A model generated the notes under the pieces. It saw nothing but the letters and a program-made list of their open reading frames with translations, was not told where the DNA came from and ran no database searches. A stretch of 34,765 nucleotides of DNA from assembly GCA_903929105.1 (NCBI GenBank), contig CAIYTL010000215.1:1-34765 (forward strand), in the 5' to 3' direction. A program made the position numbers and the translations under genes. Position 1 is the first letter of the stretch. Each line of letters starts with the position of its first letter. The DNA is from an uncultured Micrococcales bacterium (GTDB lineage Bacteria; Actinomycetota; Actinomycetes; Actinomycetales; Microbacteriaceae). Shown here one piece after another: positions 9,762 to 18,419 of the stretch.

Positions 9762-10655
9762 TTAGCCGAAGTTGACGACCGAAAGACCCCATCCGAGCAA
9801 AAGGCCATAGGCCAAGGCTGCGAAGCTGGTGAGCTTGAGCACCAAGATCAACTCGCGCGGAGTCTTAGCAGTTAGCACGATTAGCGTGATTGGCAGAGCC
9901 AAGAAAACCGCTGCATAGGCAAAGAAAGTCGCTGGGTAGAGCACTACCTGCATTGCCAACAGCGCGAATGGCAACCAAAGCATCAACAAAAACAGAACCA
10001 CCGATGCCCTGCGGCCTATCAGCACTGCCAAGGTGCGCTTGCCCACGTGCTGGTCGAGCTCGCGGTCGCGAATGTTGTTGACCATGAGCACGGCCGAAGC
10101 AAAGAGGCCGGCTGCAATGCCTCCGAACACCTCAGGGCCGTTGACCTCACGCTCTTGAATGAAGCTCGTGCCGATGGTTGCAACCAACCCAAAGAACACA
10201 AACACGGCCACCTCACCGAGGCCCGCATAGCCGTAGGGGCGCTTGCCACCAGTGTAGAACCAGGCTGCCAAAATCGCCGCGGCTCCAACCGCAATCAGCC
10301 ACCAGATTGCGGTGATGAGCACGATTGCCAAACCAGCCAAACCAGCCAAACCAAAGAATGCAAAGGCAGCAAATTTAACCGACTCTGGTCGAACCGACTT
10401 TGAACCGGTCAAACGCAACGGGCCTACGCGCTTAGCGTCGGTTCCGCGAATGCCGTCGCTGTAATCGTTGGCAAAGTTGACTCCGATTTGCAAAAATAGC
10501 GCAACGGCGAGCGCAAGCAAATCAAGCCCAATGTTCTCTGACTGCGCTGCGGCTGCGGCACCGGCGCCAATAGCAACCGGGGCAATGGCTAGTGGCAGCG
10601 TGCGAAGGCGAGCGCCCTCAACCCAAAGTTTTAGGCTGTTTTTGTTTTTAGACAT
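9762..10655 (-). CDS. menA: 1,4-dihydroxy-2-naphthoate polyprenyltransferase
   Basis: GARLRTLP, NFANDYSDGIRGTD, NNIRD..D..GKRTLAV. Confidence 0.95.
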   Translation of the reverse strand: MSKNKNSLKLWVEGARLRTLPLAIAPVAIGAGAAAAAQSENIGLDLLALAVALFLQIGVNFANDYSDGIRGTDAKRVGPLRLTGSKSVRPESVKFAAFAFFGLAGLAGLAIVLITAIWWLIAVGAAAILAAWFYTGGKRPYGYAGLGEVAVFVFFGLVATIGTSFIQEREVNGPEVFGGIAAGLFASAVLMVNNIRDRELDQHVGKRTLAVLIGRRASVVLFLLMLWLPFALLAMQVVLYPATFFAYAAVFLALPITLIVLTAKTPRELILVLKLTSFAALAYGLLLGWGLSVVNFG

Positions 10656-10685
10656 AGTTTCAAGGTTAAAGCAAAGTTGCGGGCT

Positions 10686-11780
10686 CTAAAGCAAAGTTTT
10701 GAGTGCAAGGTAATCGACTTTGCCGGTTGCTAGCCGAGGCATCGACCCAACGCGCAAAACTCGCACCGGTTTAGCCGCAGCTCCGAGCAGCACCAGCACC
10801 TCACCTGCCAAATTGTCGGCTACCTCAGGGCTGCCCACATAAAACAGTGCAGCACGCTGACCCCATTGTGCATCGTCAACGGCGAGCGCGGCAGCCTGAG
10901 TAACGCCCGGCACAGTCAACGCCGCATGCTCAAGTTGGTCAAGCGAAACTTTGAGCCCGCCCGAAACTAAAACTCGGTCGGCCCGGCCCAACACGTGCAA
11001 ACGCCCGGCTTCATCGAACTCGCCGAGATCGTTGGTGACAAACGGTCGGCTTAGGTCATTGGCAAGCACTGGGCCGTCTAGGCTAATGCGACCGTCGGGC
11101 AACAGGGCCACCTGCACGCCGTCGAGCGGCAGGCCGTCATAAACGCAACCGCCCGCGGTTTCGGTGCTGCCATAGGTGAGCACGAGGTTCACGCCCTGCT
11201 CGCGCAACCGAGCCACGAGCGCCGGGTCTGCCGCCTGGCCACCAACCAGAATGGCGGTGAACTGTTTCAAGGCAAACAACACCGATGACTCAGACCTGGC
11301 AGCCTCAGCCAAGCGAAAAAGTTGAGTTGGCACGAGTGAGGTGAACTTGTGCTCGTGCGTTAAGAGCAGGCTGGCGCGCACAAAAGCTTCGGCAGTAAAA
11401 GGCAGTGTGGTGTTCATCAGCACGGGCTGGGTGCCGGCAACGATTGAGCGAATCAAAACGTTGGTGCCGGCGATGTAGTTAGCCGGCAGGGCGAGCAACC
11501 ACTGGCCGCTCGAACCGAGGTGCTTGGCGCTGGCATTCGCGCTGGCCAACAGAGCCTCGCGAGAGAGCTTGATTTGCTTGGGAACACCTGTTGTGCCAGA
11601 GCTCTCGACAATCAGCGCAACGTCGTCGGCAACTTCGGCGGGCAGGTCATATGTTTTTGGCAAAGCATCGCCAACCACCGCGGGCTTTACAAAAAGTGCT
11701 AGTTTGCCGTCGAGCACCTCAATCAGAGCATTCAAAACGCCAAAGGTGTCGTTGGCGGCAATCTGTTTCAGAGGCAGCAT
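10686..11780 (-). CDS. menE: O-succinylbenzoate-CoA ligase (short form)
   Basis: SSGTTGVPK, TYGSTETAGGCVYDG, GRAD..SGGLKV, TGKVD; follows menB. Confidence 0.9.
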   Translation of the reverse strand: MLPLKQIAANDTFGVLNALIEVLDGKLALFVKPAVVGDALPKTYDLPAEVADDVALIVESSGTTGVPKQIKLSREALLASANASAKHLGSSGQWLLALPANYIAGTNVLIRSIVAGTQPVLMNTTLPFTAEAFVRASLLLTHEHKFTSLVPTQLFRLAEAARSESSVLFALKQFTAILVGGQAADPALVARLREQGVNLVLTYGSTETAGGCVYDGLPLDGVQVALLPDGRISLDGPVLANDLSRPFVTNDLGEFDEAGRLHVLGRADRVLVSGGLKVSLDQLEHAALTVPGVTQAAALAVDDAQWGQRAALFYVGSPEVADNLAGEVLVLLGAAAKPVRVLRVGSMPRLATGKVDYLALKTLL

Positions 11781-11806
11781 CTTGGTTTAGTGCAGACTAG
11801 CCGGTG

Positions 11807-12727
11807 TTAGAACTGCCAAGGGAACGGCGACCAGTCTGGTTCGCGGCGCTCAAGAAAAGAGTCTCGGCCTTCGACAGCCTCGTTGGTTCCATAAGCCAAA
11901 CGGGTGGCCTCGCCAGCGAACAGCTGCTGGCCGACCATGCCGTCGTCAACGGCGTTCATGGCATATTTGAGCATTCGAATCGAGGTGGGTGACTTGCGCA
12001 AAATTTCGGTAGCCCACTCAACGCCGCGGCTCTCAAGCTCGGCGTGAGGAACAACCGCGTTCACAACACCCATTTCATAGGCACGCTGCGCGTCATAGAC
12101 CTGACCCAAAAAGAAAATTTCGCGAGCAAACTTTTGGCCAACCTGCTTCGCCAAATAGGCGCTGCCATAGCCAGCGTCAAAACTGCCAACATCTGCGTCA
12201 GTTTGCTTGAACCGCGCATGTTCAGCACTGGCCAAACTCAAGTCGGCGATCACGTTGAGCGAGTGGCCACCGCCGGCAGCCCAACCAGGCACCAGAGCGA
12301 TCACAACTTTTGGCATGAACCGAATCAGCCGTTGAACTTCAAGAATGTGCAAGCGCCCGCTGCGAGCCTGGTCGATAACCGGGTCGCCACTTGCCGACGC
12401 ATTGCCTTCATATTTGTAGCCATCGCGACCACGCACGCGTTGGTCGCCGCCCGAGCTAAAGGCCCATCCGCCGTCTTTTAGTGACGGGCCGTTGCCGGTG
12501 AGCAAAACCACGCCCACGCGAGAATCTTCGCCGGCGTGACGCAAAGCGGCAACCAGCTCATCGACTGTCTGAGGGCGAAAAGCGTTTCGCACCTCGGGGC
12601 GGTCAAACGCACTGCGCACAATGCCCAAAGTGTTGTGCTTGTGATAGGTGATGTCGGTGAGCTCGCCAAAGCCAGGCACCTCGTGCCAAATGCTCGCGTC
12701 AAAAATGTCAGAAACCTGCTTTGCCAT
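11807..12727 (-). CDS. menB: 1,4-dihydroxy-2-naphthoyl-CoA synthase
   Basis: RPEVRNAFRP, FSSGGDQR, GGGHSL, VGSFDAGYGS. Confidence 0.97.
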   Translation of the reverse strand: MAKQVSDIFDASIWHEVPGFGELTDITYHKHNTLGIVRSAFDRPEVRNAFRPQTVDELVAALRHAGEDSRVGVVLLTGNGPSLKDGGWAFSSGGDQRVRGRDGYKYEGNASASGDPVIDQARSGRLHILEVQRLIRFMPKVVIALVPGWAAGGGHSLNVIADLSLASAEHARFKQTDADVGSFDAGYGSAYLAKQVGQKFAREIFFLGQVYDAQRAYEMGVVNAVVPHAELESRGVEWATEILRKSPTSIRMLKYAMNAVDDGMVGQQLFAGEATRLAYGTNEAVEGRDSFLERREPDWSPFPWQF

Positions 12728-12744
12728 GCTTCTAGACTAAACCC
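12728..12744. promoter_or_regulatory. Overlapping divergent leaderless promoters for menB and menC
   Basis: TAGACT (+, 12733-12738) lies 6 nt before GTG 12745; TAGTCT (-, 12739-12734) lies 6 nt before ATG 12727. Confidence 0.7.
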
Positions 12745-13728
12745 GTGACCATTCCTCTTGATTCCCTGCTCGAAACCGCCCAAGTGGTTTCGTTGCCGCT
12801 GAAACAAAAGTTTCGCGGGGTCACGCACCGTGAGTTGCTGCTTTTTGAGGGCGACAACGGTTTCGCCGAGTGGTCACCGTTTTTAGAATACGAAGCTGAA
12901 GAGGCTGCGGTTTGGTTGAGCGCAGCTATCGAGTGGGCTTTTGGTGAATTGCCCGAGCCGCAGCGCGAATATGTTGCGGTGAACGCAACCCTGCCGGCGG
13001 TCACCCCACAAAAAGTTGCAAGTTCGCTGGCTGCTTTTGGAGATTTCGAGACCGTCAAAATTAAAGTGGCTGAACCCGGCCAAGATTTGAACGATGACCT
13101 TGAGCGCATTTGGCAAGTGCGGCGGCTGCACCCCCAAGCAAAAATTCGTCTGGATGCCAACGGCGGCTGGTCGGTTGACCAAGCGGTGGCGTTAGCTGGC
13201 GCGATGGTTGAAAACGGCGTGCCAATCGAATATTTGGAACAGCCCTGCGCCAGCATTGGTGAGCTGGCCGAACTTCGCGTGATCTTCAAACGCAACGGTT
13301 TTCAGATTAAAGTCGCTGCCGATGAATCGGTGCGAAAAGTCGACGACCCGCAGGCAGTTGTGTTGGCCGGCGCCGCTGATATTTTGGTTCTTAAAGCTGC
13401 GCCTTTGGGCGGCGTTGCTCGAGCCATGCAAATTGCTCACGAGTCAGGTTTAGCCTGCGCTGTCAGCAGCGCGCTCGAGTCAAGTGTTGGGCTTGCGATG
13501 GGTTTGCACCTTGCCGCGAGCTTGCCAGACTTTGGCCTGGCGGCGGGCCTTGGCACTGCGGCGCTGTTGGCGGCCGACGTCACCGAAAATCCCCTGTTGC
13601 CACTCGATGGCGAGTTAGTGGTGCGCCGCGTGAACCCTAGCCCGCGGTTGCTCGCTGAGCACGTCGCTTCGCCTGAGCGACGCGACTGGTGGTTGCAACG
13701 ACTAGCGGCCGCGCACGCCCTGCTTTAG
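12745..13728 (+). CDS. menC: O-succinylbenzoate synthase
   Basis: FRGVTHRE, EWSPFLEY, VKIKV, RLDANGGW, LEQP, AADES, VSSALES. Confidence 0.93.
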   Translation: MTIPLDSLLETAQVVSLPLKQKFRGVTHRELLLFEGDNGFAEWSPFLEYEAEEAAVWLSAAIEWAFGELPEPQREYVAVNATLPAVTPQKVASSLAAFGDFETVKIKVAEPGQDLNDDLERIWQVRRLHPQAKIRLDANGGWSVDQAVALAGAMVENGVPIEYLEQPCASIGELAELRVIFKRNGFQIKVAADESVRKVDDPQAVVLAGAADILVLKAAPLGGVARAMQIAHESGLACAVSSALESSVGLAMGLHLAASLPDFGLAAGLGTAALLAADVTENPLLPLDGELVVRRVNPSPRLLAEHVASPERRDWWLQRLAAAHALL

Positions 13729-13735
13729 TCTCGAC

Positions 13736-14695
13736 TTATTTCAAGCCGCTATAAACGTGCAGGCCTTTGAAGAATAGGTTCACGATGGTGAAGTTGAAGA
13801 TGATGGCGCAGAAGCCAATCACGGCTAGCCAAGCGGAGCGTTTGCCGCTCCAACCTCGAGTCGCATTTGCGTGCAGGTAACCCGCATAAATCGTCCAGAT
13901 AATGAAGGTCCACACCTCTTTGGTGTCCCAGCCCCAGTAACGGTGCCAGGCTCGCTCAGCCCAGATAGCGCCGGCGATCAGGGTGAAAGTCCACAGAATA
14001 AAGCCGATGATGTTGAACCGATAGGCCAGTTTTTCAAGCTTGTTCATGTCGGGGAACAATGCCAAAATGCGTCGGGTCAACGCAAATCCGGGCAGCTTGC
14101 TGGTTTCAACAACTTTTGAACCCTTCATCAAATAGGCGATTGATGCGGCTGATGCGATGTTGAAAAAGCCGGTTGCCAAAATGGCCACGGTTACGTGAAT
14201 CACCAACCAGTAGCTTTGAAGCGCAGGCATGAGCGACTTGACCTGAACATAAAACACTGTGGTGGCGATTCCGAGCACCAAAAGCACGAAGCCCGTAACA
14301 AAAACTGCCAAAATGCGAATGTCGCGCACAAAAAACCATGACACCAAATAGATTGCGACCACTAAGAAAGTGCCGGTGATCGAGAACTCATACATGTTCG
14401 CCCAAGGCACGCGAGATGCAGCCACCCCGCGCAAAATCACGCCTGTGCCGTGCATCACAGCTGACGCAATCAGCAAACTGAACGCCCAACGTTCGATGCG
14501 CGAAGCGCCTTTGCGAACTTTTTTGACCGTGCTTGAGGCTTGCGACAGGTGCCAGACATAGGCCAAGAAGCTCACGGTATAAACCGCCATCGCCGCATAG
14601 ATGAAATACAGCGATACCTGTGAAAGGTCGTCGTTTAGCGAAACGGTTTCTTGCGAACGAAGAACGTTTGGCAGCGCGCTGAGCAGGTTATGCAT
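13736..14695 (-). CDS. ccsB: Cytochrome c biogenesis protein CcsB/ResC (WWD domain)
   Basis: PWANMYEF, LQSYWLVIHV, GAIWAERAWHRYWGWDTKEVW, GLHVYSG. Confidence 0.95.
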   Translation of the reverse strand: MHNLLSALPNVLRSQETVSLNDDLSQVSLYFIYAAMAVYTVSFLAYVWHLSQASSTVKKVRKGASRIERWAFSLLIASAVMHGTGVILRGVAASRVPWANMYEFSITGTFLVVAIYLVSWFFVRDIRILAVFVTGFVLLVLGIATTVFYVQVKSLMPALQSYWLVIHVTVAILATGFFNIASAASIAYLMKGSKVVETSKLPGFALTRRILALFPDMNKLEKLAYRFNIIGFILWTFTLIAGAIWAERAWHRYWGWDTKEVWTFIIWTIYAGYLHANATRGWSGKRSAWLAVIGFCAIIFNFTIVNLFFKGLHVYSGLK

Positions 14696-16328
14696 CGGCT
14701 TCTTTCTTTGAGCTCGTTGCCTTCAAACCTAGTTCTTCGGCAATTTCTTTAACGATTCTTTCAAGTGCTGGGTCGTCGCCTCGAGCCAAAGCCGCAACCT
14801 CAACACCGTCTTCGGTTCGTTTCACCCAAACTCGGCGACGTGGCACTAGCAGAGACAAAATCAACCCACCAAGAGCCAACAGTGCAAATAGCAAAACCCA
14901 TCCCTGGCCAGGGTTGTAATCGATGTCGAGTGAAGCGAAACGTTTCAGGTCGGTGAAGGCTACGCAACCCATGTTATTTGGCAGATTTTCGGCGTTGCCC
15001 TTCACATAAAGTTTGACTGCTGGAACACCGGTTTTGCCACCGCTGAGTTGCTTCAAGCCGTGAGTTGCCAACGAGAAAACGTTCGAAGGAATTCCCGAGT
15101 CAAGGCCTAGGTTTCCCTCATAAACGTTCAGTGTGAGCAGGCTGCTTTGTGGGCTGATTGCTGCCGGATAAATCGAGGTCAAGGCGCCTGTTGGCAGCTG
15201 ACCGGCGGTTGGATAAAAGAATGACAAAACGCCGTATTGGTTAGGTTTTGCATCTGGCAACTTGATGACGCCCAAAGATGTGTAGTTCGAATCTTGAGGC
15301 AAATAGGGCACTGCGCCTTGATAAGAAAAAGGCCCCTGAATGACTCGAACACCACTCGGCAAAGCTTTGCAGGGCTTGTCGCTGAATGCCAACACCGGTG
15401 CATAACCGTTACCGGTCAAATAAACTTTGGTGCCCGGCAACTCAAGCGGCTCATTGACTCGAATCACCGATGTCACCGGCGCGCTGCTCGGAGTTTGTTT
15501 GGTAGAAACCGTGGCACGAAAATCGATCGGGGTGCCCGTGTTGCCCTTGTGAGCGGTGTTGTTATCAAAAGCAATCTCGAACTTGTCGAGCGTCATGCTA
15601 AAAGGCGGCAAGTTGTTCTCGTTAAAGAAAGCTCCCGGCGAAAACGAGTCATAGCCGGCAAGGTTGTTCACAAAAGTGTCGCCTTCAACCAGCAAACGCT
15701 GGCCGCTGTAGCTAAATGCGCCACCGAAGCCAACGGCAACCAAAACACCAATCAAGCTCACGTGAAACAGCAGGTTGCCGGTTTCGCGCAGGTAACCGCG
15801 CTCGGCGCTAACCGAATCGGCATCAACAATTACGCGGTATCTCTGCGATTTAAGAAGCGCGGCGGCATCAGCAACGATTGACTCGCGAGCAGCTTTTTTA
15901 GCTTTGCCCAAAAGGTAGGCAGGCATTCGGCGCAAAACCCGAGGTGTGGCCGGCGGATTGCTGGCCATAGCTTTGGCGTGAACAACTGCGCGAGGAACAA
16001 CGCATCCGATCAAAGAAACAAACAGCAAGATATAGATTGCGCTGAACCAAACCGACGAATACACGTCGAAAAGTTGAATCGAGTCTAAGAACTTAGCCAG
16101 CTCAGGGTTCTGCTGAAAATAGCTGGTGACACCGTTTGGGTCAGCGCTGCGCTGTGGGTAAACCGAACCGGGAATCGCCGCAGCAGCGAGCAGCAGCAGC
16201 AAGATCAGCGCGGTGCGCATCGAAGTGAGCGAACGCCAGATCCAGCGCAACCAACCCACCACACCGATTTCTGGTGAGACTACATTGGCTTCGTTCGAAA
16301 CATGGTCAGACGGCCGGGATGAATCCAC
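14688..16328 (-). CDS. resB: Cytochrome c biogenesis protein ResB
   Basis: LTSMRTAL, YSSVWF, ETGNLLFH, VNEPL, RRRVWV; start set at GTG 16328 after GGAGG. Confidence 0.92.
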   Translation of the reverse strand: MDSSRPSDHVSNEANVVSPEIGVVGWLRWIWRSLTSMRTALILLLLLAAAAIPGSVYPQRSADPNGVTSYFQQNPELAKFLDSIQLFDVYSSVWFSAIYILLFVSLIGCVVPRAVVHAKAMASNPPATPRVLRRMPAYLLGKAKKAARESIVADAAALLKSQRYRVIVDADSVSAERGYLRETGNLLFHVSLIGVLVAVGFGGAFSYSGQRLLVEGDTFVNNLAGYDSFSPGAFFNENNLPPFSMTLDKFEIAFDNNTAHKGNTGTPIDFRATVSTKQTPSSAPVTSVIRVNEPLELPGTKVYLTGNGYAPVLAFSDKPCKALPSGVRVIQGPFSYQGAVPYLPQDSNYTSLGVIKLPDAKPNQYGVLSFFYPTAGQLPTGALTSIYPAAISPQSSLLTLNVYEGNLGLDSGIPSNVFSLATHGLKQLSGGKTGVPAVKLYVKGNAENLPNNMGCVAFTDLKRFASLDIDYNPGQGWVLLFALLALGGLILSLLVPRRRVWVKRTEDGVEVAALARGDDPALERIVKEIAEELGLKATSSKKEADA

Positions 16329-17055
16329 TGAGCACCTCCTGCAATTGGGCAACTAAAAGATTCCAAACACCGGTTGCCAACAGCAATCCGAGCACCATCA
16401 AAAGAGCTCCACCGGCAAGGTTGAATGCGCGCAAGTTGCGCTTAACAAAAGCAATCGAGCGGGTAGCAAGGCTAAAACCCGCAGCGATGGCAATAAACGG
16501 CAAGCCCAGACCAACGGCATAGCAAACTGCAAGCACAGCGCCACGAGCTGCCGATTGCTGCTGGGCGGCCAAAGTCAGCACCGTGCTCAAAGTTGGGCCG
16601 ATGCAAGGGGTCCACCCGAGCCCAAAAACTAGCCCGAGCAGTGGCGCGCCCCAAAGGCCATAGCGGGGGCGAAAGCTGAGTTTAAAGTTGCGCTGCAACC
16701 AACCGATTTCGCCAACCATAACCAAACCCATAGCAAAAACAAAAACACCCAAAACCACTTGAATTACCTGTTTGGCGGTGCCGGTGAAAAGCAAACCAAG
16801 ACTGCCAGCGCCGGCACCGAGCGTGACAAACACAATCGTGAAGCCAAGCACAAACAGTGCACTGCCTAAAACCATTCGACTGCGGCTAGCCTGAGCACTC
16901 GCGTCAGAACGCCCAGCCATGCCCGAGACATAACCCAAATAGCCCGGCACCAAAGGCAGAACACAGGGCGATAAGAATGAAACCAAGCCGGCGAGCGCAG
17001 CTAACGGCATCGCTGCAAGCAGCGAACCGTTAAGCACAACCTCGGCAGCACTCAT
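16306..17055 (-). CDS. ccdA: Cytochrome c biogenesis protein CcdA
   Basis: SFLSPCVLPLVPGY and GWTPCIGPTL redox-cysteine motifs. Confidence 0.95.
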   Translation of the reverse strand: MSAAEVVLNGSLLAAMPLAALAGLVSFLSPCVLPLVPGYLGYVSGMAGRSDASAQASRSRMVLGSALFVLGFTIVFVTLGAGAGSLGLLFTGTAKQVIQVVLGVFVFAMGLVMVGEIGWLQRNFKLSFRPRYGLWGAPLLGLVFGLGWTPCIGPTLSTVLTLAAQQQSAARGAVLAVCYAVGLGLPFIAIAAGFSLATRSIAFVKRNLRAFNLAGGALLMVLGLLLATGVWNLLVAQLQEVLSGFIPAV

Positions 17056-17058
17056 CGA

Positions 17059-17637
17059 CTACTCAGCCACAACCGTTTGAATCAACGAGCGCAAAGTCGA
17101 CTCGTCGGCACGCCCCAAAATGCGCGCCTCAACGTGCCCGGTTTTATCAATCACCAATGTGGTTGGCACAGCCTGTGGGGTCACAATGCCGGTGAAAGCC
17201 AGAACCACACTGCCTGAGCTGTTGTCGACGATCGACGGGTAGTCGATTTTAAAGTTGCGCTCAAAAGCATTTGCGGTGTCAGCAGTGTCGCGAACATTCA
17301 CGCCAACAAACTGCACTTTGCCGCTGAACTGCTTAGAAAGTTTCACGAGCAAAGGAGCCTCAGCACGGCACGGTGCACAGCCGGCATACCAAAAGTTGAT
17401 CACAAGTGGCACGCCCGTTAGGTTGGCGCTGCTCAGCTGACCACCCGAATCGGTTGGCCCCGACCAAACCACAGGCCCAGGGCGCGAAGACTTAAACTCA
17501 GTCACCGTGCCATCGCCCGCAATGTAGTTTTTGTTGTCACCGTTGCGAAACTGGTTAGCCAAACTGTCGTTGCTCGAACAACCGCTCAACAGCGACGCAC
17601 TTGCGACCAAAGCTAAAACTGCAACAAGTTTCTTCAC
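17059..17637 (-). CDS. ResA/TlpA-family thiol-disulfide reductase lipoprotein
   Basis: Lipobox LLSGC; NFWYAGCAPCRAE; VPTTLVID. Confidence 0.92.
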   Translation of the reverse strand: MKKLVAVLALVASASLLSGCSSNDSLANQFRNGDNKNYIAGDGTVTEFKSSRPGPVVWSGPTDSGGQLSSANLTGVPLVINFWYAGCAPCRAEAPLLVKLSKQFSGKVQFVGVNVRDTADTANAFERNFKIDYPSIVDNSSGSVVLAFTGIVTPQAVPTTLVIDKTGHVEARILGRADESTLRSLIQTVVAE

Positions 17638-18278
17638 TAAACCGCTCCTACATCAATCGCGCCTTCAAGCAGCGAGGCTGCCGGTTCGCGATAGTCAACC
17701 TCAACGAACTTTCCGTCGATTTTTTCAAAACTGGTGATGCTCGAAAGGGCGCAGCGACGAAGCTTTGGGTTATGAAACAGCTGGTGCCCGCCCAGAGCCA
17801 AGTGGGTGATCCAAATTGGCATTTGGTGGCTCACAATGACAGCGTCACCCGAATCGGTGTTCGCCCAAGCCTCTTCGATAGCAGCCAACATGCGATTTCG
17901 AACCAAAACAAACGGCTCGCCCCAACTCGGGCGAAACGGGTTGCGCAACTGCCACCAGGTTGAAGGTCGGCGCAAAATGTTTTCAATCGAAACCGTCGAA
18001 CCCTCAAACTTGTTGTGCGGTTCAATCACACGTTCTTCAACAACCGACTCAAGGCCAAAAAGTTCTTGCAGCGGAGCGGCCGATTCGCGGGTGCGCTGCA
18101 GTGGTGAAACCCGCAAACTTGTGACCGGTCGGCCCTGAGAGCGCAGGTCTTCAGCTGCCATCCGCGCCATTTTATGCCCACGCTCAGACAAGCCAAAGTT
18201 CGGCAAACGGCCATAGAGAATGCCGTCAGGGTTGTGCACTTCACCGTGACGAATCAGATGAATACGCGTAGCGGTCAT
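17637..18278 (-). CDS. Histidine phosphatase family protein
   Basis: RHGEVHNP, SPLQRTRES, VSHQMPI; first gene of the cytochrome c biogenesis operon; start probably ATG 18278. Confidence 0.9.
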   Translation of the reverse strand: MTATRIHLIRHGEVHNPDGILYGRLPNFGLSERGHKMARMAAEDLRSQGRPVTSLRVSPLQRTRESAAPLQELFGLESVVEERVIEPHNKFEGSTVSIENILRRPSTWWQLRNPFRPSWGEPFVLVRNRMLAAIEEAWANTDSGDAVIVSHQMPIWITHLALGGHQLFHNPKLRRCALSSITSFEKIDGKFVEVDYREPAASLLEGAIDVGAV

Positions 18279-18419
18279 GGTCTCAGTTCTTTGAAGGCGT
18301 TCGCCAATGGGTTCGAGGCAATAAAGCGTCAAATACCAGCTTACCCTTGGCTAAACTTGCTATTTAGAGCGTTCGGCAAGCCTTCAGCCTTGACCGACAC
18401 CATATGAAAGCCAGGAATC

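Noticed and set aside
10329-10355. Short tandem repeat CCAAACCAG
   Set aside because: Encodes GLAGLAGLA in a MenA TM helix
4084-13728. No menH or menJ-like gene in the men cluster
   Set aside because: These genes are often elsewhere or unrecognised in actinobacteria; cannot be judged from one window
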